20,000 nucleotides of DNA from an uncultured Gemmatimonadota bacterium (GTDB lineage Bacteria > Blakebacterota > Blakebacteria > Blakebacterales > Blakebacteraceae): positions 55,731 to 75,730 of the forward strand of contig CAZNUA010000012.1 in NCBI GenBank assembly GCA_964576115.1, given 5' to 3'. The position numbers and the translations under genes were made by a program. The notes under the pieces are model-generated. The model was not told where the DNA came from. It saw nothing but the letters and a program-made list of their open reading frames with translations, and made no database searches. Shown here in pieces: positions 7,180-17,100 of this stretch (position 1 is the stretch's first letter; each line of letters starts with the position of its first letter).

Positions 7180-9725
7180 AGAACCCTGCTGGCCGTACTG
7201 ACCCTCGCCCTGGGCATCGGTTCGGTCACCGTCATCTTCAGCGTGGTGAACGCCGTGCTCATCAGACCGTTGCCGTACGAGGATCCCGACGGGCTGGTGC
7301 AGATCATGGAACGGGTCGAGACCGTCTCGCCCACGATACCGGTCTCGCAGGGTCTCTTCCTTGCCCTGCGGGAGCAGACCACCACCCTGGCCGGCCTGGC
7401 CGCTTCGGATTTCGTGACCTTCTCGGTGATCGGCGGAGAGGAACCCGTCCAGGAACCGGGGGTCATGACGACGGCCGACTTCTTCACTCTTCTCGGCGCC
7501 CGCCCCGAACTCGGCCGCTTCTTCACCCGGGAGGAGGAAACCGCCGGATCGAACGGCGTGGCGGTGCTGAGCTTCGGTGCCTGGCAGAGCCTCTTCGCCG
7601 GTGATCCCGAGGTCATCGGCCGGCGGATCCGGTTGATCACGACCTACCAATACGGTCCGCCGCGCAGTCTGCCCGAGGAGGTGACCGTTATCGGCGTGCT
7701 CGGGGAGGATTTCGTCTCCCCGTACGGGAATACCCGTATCTTCGTTCCCCTGGGGATACAGGGGGAGCGTGAGAACAGGATGCACCAGTACCTCTGGCTT
7801 CTGGGGCGGCTTGGTCCCGGCACGACCGCTGAAACCGCCCGCGCCGAGATGGATGTGATCGTCCAGGGAGTCGATCCCCAGTTCAGGGGGACGAGAGGTA
7901 ATGAAGACTGGGACAACGGCGTCACCCTGACCTCGTTCTGGGAGGTCCAGCGGGGATACCTCCGCAGCTCCCTCCAGATCTTCTTCGTGGCGGTAGGTCT
8001 GCTGCTGCTGGTGGGATGCGCCAATATCGCCAACCTGCTTCTGGCCCGCGGTNNNNNNNNNNNNNNNNNNNNNNNNNNNNNNNNNNNNNNNNNNNNNNNN
8101 NNNNNNNNNNNNNNNNNNNNNNNNNNNNNNNNNNNNNNNNNNNNNNNNNNNNTCTGCTGCTGCTGGTGGGATGCGCCAATATCGCCAACCTGCTTCTGGC
8201 CCGCGGTGCCGGCCGCGGCCGGGAGATGGCCGTGCGGCTCGCCATCGGCGCTTCGCGCCGCCGGCTCGTCCGGACCCTGCTGATCGAGAACGCCCTGCTG
8301 GCCGCGGTCGGGATTGCGGTCGGTCTTTTCCTCACCTGGGTGGGGATCCGGCTGCTCGTCGCGGTCTATCCGAGCGCCGTCCTGCAGCGGACCGGCGTGG
8401 GACTCGATCTGCCCGTTCTGCTCTTCGCCGCCGGAGTGGGGGCGGTGAGCGTGCTCCTCTTCGGTCTCGCACCTGCCCTGCAGACGTCCCGGGTCAGCCC
8501 CGGTACGACCCTGCAGACGGGCGGGCGGACCCTGTCGGCGAGCCGGGGGCAGCGGCGTCTGCGCAGCACGCTGCTCGTCATCGAAGTGTCCCTGGCCGTC
8601 ATCCTCACGGTCGGCACCGGCCTGCTGCTGCGCAGTCTGCATAACATGATGCACGTCGAGTTGGGCTTCGAACCCGGGAACCTCATCATGATGCAGCTCC
8701 CCCTTGATCCATCGGCGTATCCGGCGCGGGAACATCAACTCGAGTTCGGGCGGCAGCTGCACGAAAGGCTCACCGCCCTGCCCGAGGTCGAACAGGCCGG
8801 ATCGTTCGATTTCCTGCCCTTCAGCGGGGCGGCGCCGGGGATCTACTTCCAGATCCCCGATCACCCCGATCCCGAACGGCAGCAGCAGACCATGGGCCTG
8901 CTGCGGACCGCCGGTCCGGGAGCCCTCGAAGCGCTGGGGGCGCGGCTGCTCACCGGGCGGTGGTTCGAAGAGGCGGATCTGGCGATCACCCCCGACGTGG
9001 TCATCATCGACCGCACCTTGGCCGAGCGGTACTGGCTCGACGGCGATGCCGTGGGCCGCCGCATCAACCTCATCACCCGCACGCCGTGGCCCCCGGTGAC
9101 GGTGATCGGGGTGGTGGAGACCATGAGGCTGCTGGACTTCGGGAGCGACGGGAATCCCGGTCTCTTTTTCCCGACGCACTACTCGCAGAGTGCCGGCGTG
9201 GTCGTGCGCACCCGGTTCGAGCCGGCGGATTTCGCCGAGCGCCTGCGTGCCGTCGTCGCCGACCTCGATTCCGATATCCCCCGCGGCGATATCCGGATCA
9301 TGGAGACGGTGCTGCGTGATTCCTCCTCGACCCAGCGTTTCCGGGCCATTCTGCTGGGTTTCTTCGGCGGTCTCACCCTTCTGCTCGCCCTGGTGGGGGT
9401 CTACGGCGTGCACAATTACACTGTGACCCAGCGCACGCACGAGATCGGTCTGCGCATGACCCTGGGAGCCCGCAGATCTGGCCTGCTCCGCCTCATCCTC
9501 TTCGAGGCGGGCCGCCTGACCGGACTGGGGATCGTGCTCGGGATCGGCGCGTCACTGGCCCTGAACCGGCTCATCCGCTCGTTCCTCTTCAACCTGAGCC
9601 CGACCGATTTGCTGACCTACGCGGCGGTCGCGGTGGCGATCCTCATCGTCACCGGGATCGCCAGCCTCCTGCCCGCCTGGCGGGCCAGCCGGGTCGATCC
9701 GGTCGTGACGCTGCGGGTGGATTGA
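7180..9725 (+). CDS. ADOP-type (MacB/FtsX-like, internally duplicated) ABC permease; ~800 aa once the gap duplication is collapsed; start codon problematic
   Basis: LAVLTLALGIGSVTVIFSVVNAVLIRPLPY, LLLVGCANIANLLLARGAGRGREMAVRLAIGASRRRLVR, LLLALVGVYGV, QRTHEIGLRMTLGA, LLPAWRASRVDPVVTLR. The halves join in frame after removing 155 nt (100 N plus a 55-bp duplicate). There is no adjacent ABC ATPase gene. Confidence 0.88.
7998..8207. other. Assembly artefact: 100-N gap (8053-8152) flanked by an exact 55-bp duplication (7998-8052 = 8153-8207)
   Basis: TCTGCTGCTGCTGGTGGGATGCGCC...GGCCCGCGGT is identical on both sides of the gap. Confidence 0.92.
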
Positions 9726-9822
9726 GGCGCGAGTCCTGCCGTATCCTTGTCTCTGTGCACCCGCCGGCTGCGAGCCGTCGGAGCGCTCGCACCGCGAGGG
9801 CGGGGGAGAAAGAGGACCGGCC

Positions 9823-11088
9823 ATGGGCAAAGAGATCCCCAACCGTCAGAAGAAACGAGTCATGCCTCCCCGTCCCGTACCGGGGCGTGAAACAACCGAG
9901 CGGATCCCGGAACGGGAACGGAAGCAGGCGGAGGAGGAAAAGACCGGGAAACGGAAGCGGCGCAGGGCGGGCACCGGCAGTCTTCTCCTCTGCCTTGGCC
10001 TGCTCCTCGCCTCGTGCGGCGGCGGACAGGGACCGCCTGCCGGGGATGAGGCGTCCGGCGGCATGGGCGCAGCCTTCCCTCAGCTCGATGCCGGCAGCGT
10101 GTCCGCGTTCGCGGGGTTGGCTCTGAAGGGGATCGGTCAGGAGTTTCCCAACAAACTGGATCACGTGATGAACGATGCCGGGGAGGTGCGCCGCCCCGCC
10201 GCGCTGCACCCGGTCTTCTCCGGCAGCTTCGACTGGCACTCCTCGGTGCACGGGCACTGGCTGCTGGTGCGCCTGCTCAAGCTCTTCCCCGATCTGCCCG
10301 AAGCGGTACGCATCCGCGGTACCCTAGACGCCCACCTCACGGCCGGGAACGTGCGTACCGAAGTAGACTACCTGAACCAGCCGAACCGGGCGTCTTTCGA
10401 GAGAACCTATGGCTGGGCCTGGCTGCTGAAACTGGCCGAGGAACTCCGGACCTGGGATGACCCGGACGCCCGGCGCTGGTCGACCGCCCTCCAGCCGTTG
10501 GCCGATGCCTTCGTAGCTCGCTATCTCGACTTCCTGCCCCGGCAGACGTATCCGATCCGCCGCGGCGTGCATCCCAATACCGCCTTCGGGATCGCCTTCG
10601 CCCTCGATTACGCGCGGGCGGCGGGCCGCACCGACCTGGAGGCGCTGCTGCTGGAACGCGCCCGCACCTACTTCGCAGACGATGCCGACTACCCGGCTGC
10701 ATGGGAACCGGACGGGGATGATTTCTTCTCCCGCTCGCTGATCGAAGCCGACCTCATGCACCGGGTACTGGACCCAGCCGCCTTCGCCGACTGGTTCCAC
10801 CGCTTCCTGCCCGATCTGGAGAGGGGGGAACCGCGCTCCCTGCTCGAACCGGCCGATGTCTCCGACCGCACCGATCCCAAGATCGTCCACCTGGACGGCC
10901 TGAATCTGAGCCGGGCCTGGTGCATGCGGGGGATCGCGGAGGCTTTGCCGGACGGCGATCCCGTCCGGCGGGTGCTGCTCGATTCATCCGTCCGGCACGC
11001 CGAAGCCACCCTGCCGCACATCGTCAGCGGACACTACGAGGGGGAACACTGGCTGGCTTCCTTCGCGGTCTACCTGTTGAGCCGATGA
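9823..11088 (+). CDS. DUF2891 family protein, probable lipoprotein
   Basis: RBS AGAGGA before ATG 9823. Family motifs EFPNKLDH, LHPVFSGSFDWHSSVHGHWLL, FERTYGWAWLLKL, YPIRRGVHPNTAF, KIVHLDGLNLSRAW, YEGEHWLASFA. Lipobox LLLASC. Confidence 0.85.
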   Translation: MGKEIPNRQKKRVMPPRPVPGRETTERIPERERKQAEEEKTGKRKRRRAGTGSLLLCLGLLLASCGGGQGPPAGDEASGGMGAAFPQLDAGSVSAFAGLALKGIGQEFPNKLDHVMNDAGEVRRPAALHPVFSGSFDWHSSVHGHWLLVRLLKLFPDLPEAVRIRGTLDAHLTAGNVRTEVDYLNQPNRASFERTYGWAWLLKLAEELRTWDDPDARRWSTALQPLADAFVARYLDFLPRQTYPIRRGVHPNTAFGIAFALDYARAAGRTDLEALLLERARTYFADDADYPAAWEPDGDDFFSRSLIEADLMHRVLDPAAFADWFHRFLPDLERGEPRSLLEPADVSDRTDPKIVHLDGLNLSRAWCMRGIAEALPDGDPVRRVLLDSSVRHAEATLPHIVSGHYEGEHWLASFAVYLLSR

Positions 11089-11193
11089 CGGCTCTGCTGC
11101 TCACCGGCTTGCCCGGGCGGGTGATCGCGTGGCCCGGACTCCAGTGAACGGGAAGGATGGCTGGTTGAGGATCGACTCGGCAGCCGGAGCCGG

Positions 11194-12810
11194 TCAGGCG
11201 ACCGGCGTGCCTTCACCTTCCACCAGCATCCGGTAAGTCTTCTCTATCCGGTCCCAGTGTTCCTCGCGGTCCAGCGACCAGAAGCGCCCGATGACGGTCG
11301 CGACCTGGCCCACGCCCAGGCGCTCGGCGGTCTCCTCGACCTGCTGGATGTAGACCGCCCCGCTCTCGGGACGTTCGCCCCGGCGACCCAGCATGGCGTG
11401 GGTGTAGACCTCGGGCACCTCCTCGCGGGCGGCCATTTCCATCAGGGCCAGCAGGTGATCGACACTGCCGTGCGAGCTGTAGAAAGAAACGATGCCGAGC
11501 AGGTGCAGGCGGGTGCCGGCTTCTTTCGCTCCCCGCATGGCGCGAAGGAAGGCCTCATTTTCGAAGAAGGATCCGTCCTCGAGGGCCGAATTGATCCGCA
11601 CCCGGTCGGCCGGGATCACGCGCCCGGCGCCGATGTGGCCGTGACCGGCCTCGGAGTTGCCGACCGTGCCTTCGGGCATCCCGACCGCGGGGCCCGAGGC
11701 CGCGAGCCGGGTCATCGGCCACTCGGCCTGGAAGGCATCCATATTCGGCGAGTGCGCCTTCGCGATCAGGTCGACCTCACTGCCGTCGCCGATTCCCCAG
11801 CCGTCGGTGATGAGCAGCAGCACGCGCCGGCGGTCTTCGGGACCAGTGGTGGCTTCGGTGGATGCGGCCGCAGGGCCGGGCAGGTCGATCGGTTCGGCGA
11901 TCAGGCTCCGGCCGGTCATCGCCTCGGGCCGGGGCAGGCCCATCAGGTGCAGCACAGTGGGGGCTACGTCGGTCAGAGCGCCTTCGCCGCGCATGACGAT
12001 ATCGGTGCCGAGGGTGTCGTCGATCACGATGAAGGGCACGGGATTGTCGGTGTGTCCGGTGTCGATCTTGCCGTCGGGATAGTACCAGCGTTCCACGGTG
12101 CCGTGATCGGCGGTGATCACGGTCGTGACACCGGCCTCGCGGGCGGCGGCGACGATACGGGCGGTCTGGGTATCAACCGTCTCCACGGCGGTGTTGATGG
12201 CCTCGGGATTCTCGATGTGGCCGATCACGTCCACATTGCACAGGTTCACGGTCACCAGGGCGTACTCGGGATTCTGCACTGCGGCGATGGCCGCCTCGGC
12301 CACCCCGGCGGCACTCATTTCCGGCGGCATCTCGGCGTGGGAGGTCACCCGGGGGGAAGGGACCACGAAGCGGTCCTCGCCCTCAAAGACCGTCTGGGTC
12401 TTGCCGTTGAGAAAGAAACTGAGGTGGACCGCTTTCTCCGACTCGACCGCCTTGGCCTGTTTCAGGCCGGCCTTGCTCACCACTTCACAGAGCGTATCCT
12501 CGATGCTTGCCTGGGGCGGGAAGGCCACCTCGACATCCAGATCGGGGTGGTATTCGATCATGGTCGCAAAATTGACGGTCATTTCGGGTCGGGAGAAGTG
12601 GGGGAAGTCCTTCTCGATGAAGGCGTTTGTGAGTTCGATCTCCCGCTCGCCGCGGATGTCATAAAAGATCACCCAGTCACCGTCGCCGATGGCGCCGACC
12701 GGATTTCCATCGGAATCGACCCGCACCAGGGGGAGGAGTTCTTCATCTTCCTGTCCGTCCCGGTAGGCGGCCCGGACTGCATCGGCCATGAGATACCCTG
12801 AATCCGCCAC
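11194..12810 (-). CDS. Circularly permuted 2,3-bisphosphoglycerate-independent phosphoglycerate mutase (iPGM/GpmI)-like enzyme
   Basis: GGGAG RBS before GTG 12810. All iPGM motifs are present but in swapped order. First come IFYDIRGER, ESEKAVHLSFF, NVDVIGH, ITADHG, TGHTDNPVP and MTGRSLI. After a linker come LLLITDGWG, VGNSEAGH, GAGR and GRFWSLDREEHWDR. Confidence 0.9.
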   Translation of the reverse strand: MADSGYLMADAVRAAYRDGQEDEELLPLVRVDSDGNPVGAIGDGDWVIFYDIRGEREIELTNAFIEKDFPHFSRPEMTVNFATMIEYHPDLDVEVAFPPQASIEDTLCEVVSKAGLKQAKAVESEKAVHLSFFLNGKTQTVFEGEDRFVVPSPRVTSHAEMPPEMSAAGVAEAAIAAVQNPEYALVTVNLCNVDVIGHIENPEAINTAVETVDTQTARIVAAAREAGVTTVITADHGTVERWYYPDGKIDTGHTDNPVPFIVIDDTLGTDIVMRGEGALTDVAPTVLHLMGLPRPEAMTGRSLIAEPIDLPGPAAASTEATTGPEDRRRVLLLITDGWGIGDGSEVDLIAKAHSPNMDAFQAEWPMTRLAASGPAVGMPEGTVGNSEAGHGHIGAGRVIPADRVRINSALEDGSFFENEAFLRAMRGAKEAGTRLHLLGIVSFYSSHGSVDHLLALMEMAAREEVPEVYTHAMLGRRGERPESGAVYIQQVEETAERLGVGQVATVIGRFWSLDREEHWDRIEKTYRMLVEGEGTPVA

Positions 12811-12843
12811 GTGTCTGCTCCCGTCTGTTCCGCTGTGATCACA

Positions 12844-12874
12844 TCGCCCGGTGCCGGGCGACCCCCGGTCGGGG
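12844..12874. other. Two adjacent GC-rich hairpins between the pilin gene and the iPGM-like gene
   Basis: Perfect inverted repeat TCGCCCGG/CCGGGCGA (12844-12861), then CCCC-ggtc-GGGG (12863-12874). No U-tract, so terminator function is uncertain. Confidence 0.35.
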
Positions 12875-12931
12875 AGAACCTAAGATAGAATATCGGCCGT
12901 GAGAGGCAATACAGTGCTCAGGCAGTCACCC

Positions 12932-13423
12932 CTACCGGTACCTGATCAGCCTCCGTTCGTGTATCGGACGGTCGTCGCGGAAATAGGTGAGGACCATGAA
13001 ACTGTCGGTGCGTCCGTTCCGGTCGAAATCGATGTCGGCGTCGACGATCAGGTAGAGATAGTTGAACCGGAACCGCCTGTTTTCCCGGTTCACGGAATAT
13101 ATCCGGAAACTGTGCAGATGGTCTTCGGGGAGCCTGACGTCGAGTTCGGAACTGCTCCACTGCGTCCGGCTGAGGATGTTGAGAGTACCGTTCTCGGGAT
13201 AGAAATGCCCGTGCTCGGTGAGGTAGAGATCCTGGGCGTCCATGATGATGTCGACGTACTCCTCCAGGGCGGCGTACTGGGCCTTGAGCTTGTAGCCGGT
13301 GTAATTGGGAATCGAGATCGCGATCAGGGTGCCCAGGACCAGCAGGGTCGTGACCATCTCGATGATGGTAAAACCCCAGTGTCTGCGGTCGGTTCTCAAG
13401 GATGTGAGGGCCCGGCGGTTCAT
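12932..13423 (-). CDS. Type IV pilin / pseudopilin with a prepilin peptidase cleavage site
   Basis: Basic leader MNRRALTSLRTDRRHWG, then FTIIEMVTTLLVLGTLIAISIPNY (G-1, F+1, E+5). The start overlaps the upstream stop (ATGA at 13420-13423). RBS GAAGGAGG. Confidence 0.88.
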   Translation of the reverse strand: MNRRALTSLRTDRRHWGFTIIEMVTTLLVLGTLIAISIPNYTGYKLKAQYAALEEYVDIIMDAQDLYLTEHGHFYPENGTLNILSRTQWSSSELDVRLPEDHLHSFRIYSVNRENRRFRFNYLYLIVDADIDFDRNGRTDSFMVLTYFRDDRPIHERRLIRYR

Positions 13424-14001
13424 CTCGGCCCTCCTTCGGTCAGCACCAGCTCCGGGGTGGCGTCTTCAGGTGGTTCGAGCAGGCTCAATTCCCAGGTGCG
13501 GGGTGAGGTTCTCCGGTAACGGTACGCTTCCAGTTCGTCCGAATCCATCAGTTCGGCCGGCAGGTAGTCGCCCCGAAGGGCATTCAGGTCGGCGGGAGCT
13601 TCGCCGTTTTCCTGCAGGTAATCGCGGATCGCGGCATCCACAATCACCAGCGAGGCGACCGGATATTCGGACGCGACGAACGCTTCGATTTCGGGCACCG
13701 GTGCGGTCATGAACAGGATGAGGTTGGCGATGCAGATCAGGACAACCAGCGCGATCGGAACGATCAGACGCAGGCGGCTCCGGCGCACTTTCGCCTCTTC
13801 CTGACGGGCCCGTCGGGCGGCACTTTCAGTGACCTTCTGGCGGGTCTCCTCGGTCACTTCGCCGGCGGCCGCCAGAGCCAGGCACTTGTTACAGAGGACC
13901 GTGCCCGCTTCCCCGGGCAGGGCGCACTCCTCGCAGAGCGCCGTGTCGCAGGCCGCACACCGGGCGACGGCTTCCCGATCGGGATGTTGAGCGCATTTCA
14001 T
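13420..14001 (-). CDS. Membrane protein with N-terminal B-box-like zinc finger, coiled linker, one TM helix and a pilin-like extracytoplasmic domain
   Basis: RBS GGAGAGGTG before ATG 14001. Zinc finger C-x2-H-x8-C-x2-C-x4-C-x2-C-x10-C-x2-C (CAQHPDREAVARCAACDTALCEEC...CNKC). TM segment LIVPIALVVLICIANLILFM. 193 aa. Confidence 0.8.
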   Translation of the reverse strand: MKCAQHPDREAVARCAACDTALCEECALPGEAGTVLCNKCLALAAAGEVTEETRQKVTESAARRARQEEAKVRRSRLRLIVPIALVVLICIANLILFMTAPVPEIEAFVASEYPVASLVIVDAAIRDYLQENGEAPADLNALRGDYLPAELMDSDELEAYRYRRTSPRTWELSLLEPPEDATPELVLTEGGPR

Positions 14002-14165
14002 CGTCACCTCTCCGGCCGGTATACTCCCGGTACCGCCCGGGGGAATTCCACTCCCCCGGGCCCGGTCATCATAGGCGATTGAGCCCTTGTCTTCCAAGCT
14101 GTCGTAACGCTCGCGGCTGGATATCCAGGGCCTGCCCGCTCTCATCCGGGGAGGGGAGAACCGGA

Positions 14166-17100
14166 ATGGCCTCTCGTGCCGATCAACCTGAAGTAACGAC
14201 CACGAAGAATCCGCAGCTGCTGGCCGAAATCATCTCCCGTCGCCAGCCTGAAGATGAGAGAGGGATGGTTCTCGACCGGATGGTCGGTGAGGGAATGAAG
14301 CAGATGCTGGCCCGCCATCTGCTGGGGGAGAGCCCCTTCGCGGAGTTGAACCACATCCTGCTGGCTGCGGTTGTGACTTTCATCATCTGGCCCTCGGTAC
14401 CGTTCCCGACAATCGGCGCCTGGGCAGGGGCNNNNNNNNNNNNNNNNNNNNNNNNNNNNNNNNNNNNNNNNNNNNNNNNNNNNNNNNNNNNNNNNNNNNN
14501 NNNNNNNNNNNNNNNNNNNNNNNNNNNNNNNCTTTCATCATCTGGCCCTCGGTACCGTTCCCGACAATCGGCGCCTGGGCAGGGGCGATCGTGCTCGTGA
14601 CCGGTTTCCGGATCGTGATGAGACAGCGGATCACCCGCACCATTGCCGACCCGGAGCGGGCCACCGGGCGGATCCGCTTCTGCATCACCCTGCAGGGGCT
14701 GGCCTGGGGCCTCGGCACCTTCGCCGTCGCCCCTCTCCTGCCGGCCCGGGATCTGGCCCTGGTCATGGTGGTCTTCGCGGGACTGGTGACCGGCGCGACG
14801 GTGGTCCTCAACACCGACTACCTCGCCTTCAGGCTCTTCGCCGCCGCGATGCTGCTGCCTCTCGCAGCCGCCATCCTGCTCAGCGGAACCACCCGGTTCC
14901 ACCTCGTGGCTGCCCTGCTGGTGTTGTTCTTCATTCTCATGACTTCGATCCTGCACCGCCGCCTGCACCACCAGGTCATCAGCCATCTCAGCGCCCGCAA
15001 GCGGCTGGAGTACAGCGAGAAAGTCGTCGAGCAGGAGAAGAACTACCTCAATGCGGTCTTCATGCACGCTCCGATCGCGATCGCCACCCTCGACACCGAC
15101 GGCCGGGTCATCGAGGTCAATCCGGGCTTCGAGAAGCTCTTCGGCTATTCGGCCGGGGAAGTGGTCGGGATCGAACTGAACCGGTTGGTGGTGCCCGAAG
15201 AGGAACTCGATCGCAGCCGTCTGCTGGATCGCCAGCTCTCGACGACCGAACCCACCGTGATCGAAGTCGTGCGCCGGTGCAAGGACGGCACCCTGATCGA
15301 GGTGAAGGCTTCCGGGACCATCACCGGAGAGTCCGAGGACGCTCTCATCTTCGTTCTCTACGACGATCTGACCGAGATCCGCCAGGCGCAGGCAGCCCTG
15401 CGCGAGACCGAGGAGCAGTACCGCAAGCTGATCGAATCGGCCTCTGACGTCGTCTGGCAGGTGGATGGCGAAGGGCGGTGGACTTTTCTGAACACCGCCG
15501 CCGAAGAGGTCTTCACGGCCGACCGGGACGACCTGCTCGGCCGGTCCTTCCTGGAGATGATGCCGCCCGACCAGCACGAGGCGGCCGGCGAGAGTTTCCG
15601 GCGGATTCTGGCGGGACAGGATCTCATCGATTTCGAAACCGTCTTTCTCACCTCGACCGGAGAGATGCGGCACATCAGTTTCTCGGGCCGGCCGATCCAC
15701 GATCCCGCGACCGGGCAGAGCGTCGGCGCCCGGGGGATCGCCCGCGATGTGACCGCCCGGGTCGAAGCGCGTCAGGCGCTGGAAGACGCCCGGTCTGCGG
15801 CCGAGCGACTGGCCGAAACACGGAGCAGCTTCCTGGCCAACATGAGCCACGAGATCCGTACCCCCATGAACGGGATCCTCGGCATGACCGAGCTTCTGCT
15901 CGATTCCGATCTGACCCCCGAACAGCGACAATCGGCTCAGCTCATCCAGACTTCGGCCGAGGCTCTGCTGCGGATCCTGAACGACATCCTCGATTTCTCC
16001 CGGATGGAAGCGGGTCAATACGAAATCGAACGCACCAGCTTCAATCTGCCCGCCCTCGTGGACTCCACCTTGAGAACCTTCGCCGTGCGGGCTTTCGAGC
16101 AGGGTCTGGAGCTGGTTTCCGACATGCACGGCGACACCCCCCACCAGGTCATCGGCGACCCGGGCCGCATCCGGCAGGTCCTCAACAACCTGGTTGGAAA
16201 CGCGCTCAAATTCACTCCCGAGGGGGAGGTGAGTGTCGCGGTCGCCCCGGTCGGGGAGCGGGAGGGCGCCGCCCTCATCAGGTTCACCGTCCGTGATACC
16301 GGCATCGGCATACCGGCTGAGAAACAGCAGCACATCTTCGAGGAATTCGCCCAGGCCGATTCCTCGACCACCCGCCACTATGGCGGAACGGGTCTGGGAC
16401 TGGCCATCTCCAGCGGTATCGTCCGCCTCATGGGGGGTGAGATCGAACTCGAGAGCGAGGTGGGGCAGGGGAGTGTGTTCAGGTTCGAGATCCCTCTCGA
16501 AATCGAAGCGGCCGACCTGCGTCCCGTTCCCGAGCGCGAAAAAGTGATCCTGGAGGGGATCCGGGTTCTGATGGTGGACGACAACGCCACCAACCGGCGG
16601 ATCGTGAGACAGATGCTGGACGGACTCGGTCTTGAGATCGAGGATGCCGAAGAAGCTGAAGCCGGGCTGGCGAAGCTGCGCGCCGCTGTCGAAAAGGAGC
16701 ACCCCTTCGACCTGGCCGTCATAGACGGTCACATGCCCGGGCGCGACGGCTTCGAGATGGCGTCGGTCATCCGGTCCGAAACCCGGATTGCGGGAACGAA
16801 GCTGATGATGCTGACCTCGGCGGCCCGTAAAGGCGACGGCCAGCGGTGCCGCGAGCTGGGGATACACGCCTATCTGACCAAACCGGTCGCGCGCCCTGAT
16901 CTGCTGGAGGCAATCGTGATGGTACTCGGTGAAAAAGGTCCCGAAGAAAAAGCGGACACCCTCATTACCCGGCATTCGATCGAGGAGACCCGTCAGCACC
17001 GCCGGATCCTGCTGGCCGAAGACAACCCGGTCAACCAGAAGGTTGCCGCCACCATGCTTCGCAAGCGCGGCCATGAGGTCGAGGTCGTGGAGAACGGCCG

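Noticed and set aside
7998-8207. 55-bp direct repeats as a target-site duplication, mobile element or CRISPR repeat
   Set aside because: They flank an N gap exactly, the same length recurs at 14377-14586, and collapsing them restores the reading frame.
7644-9440. 598-aa minus-strand ORF, and similar ORFs at 6742-7785, 1993-2961, 4911-5972, 5855-6745 and 18366-19259
   Set aside because: Shadow frames of well-supported genes; some are prolonged artificially by N runs.
11257-12801. 514-aa plus-strand ORF
   Set aside because: Antisense shadow of the iPGM-like gene, which carries all the conserved motifs.
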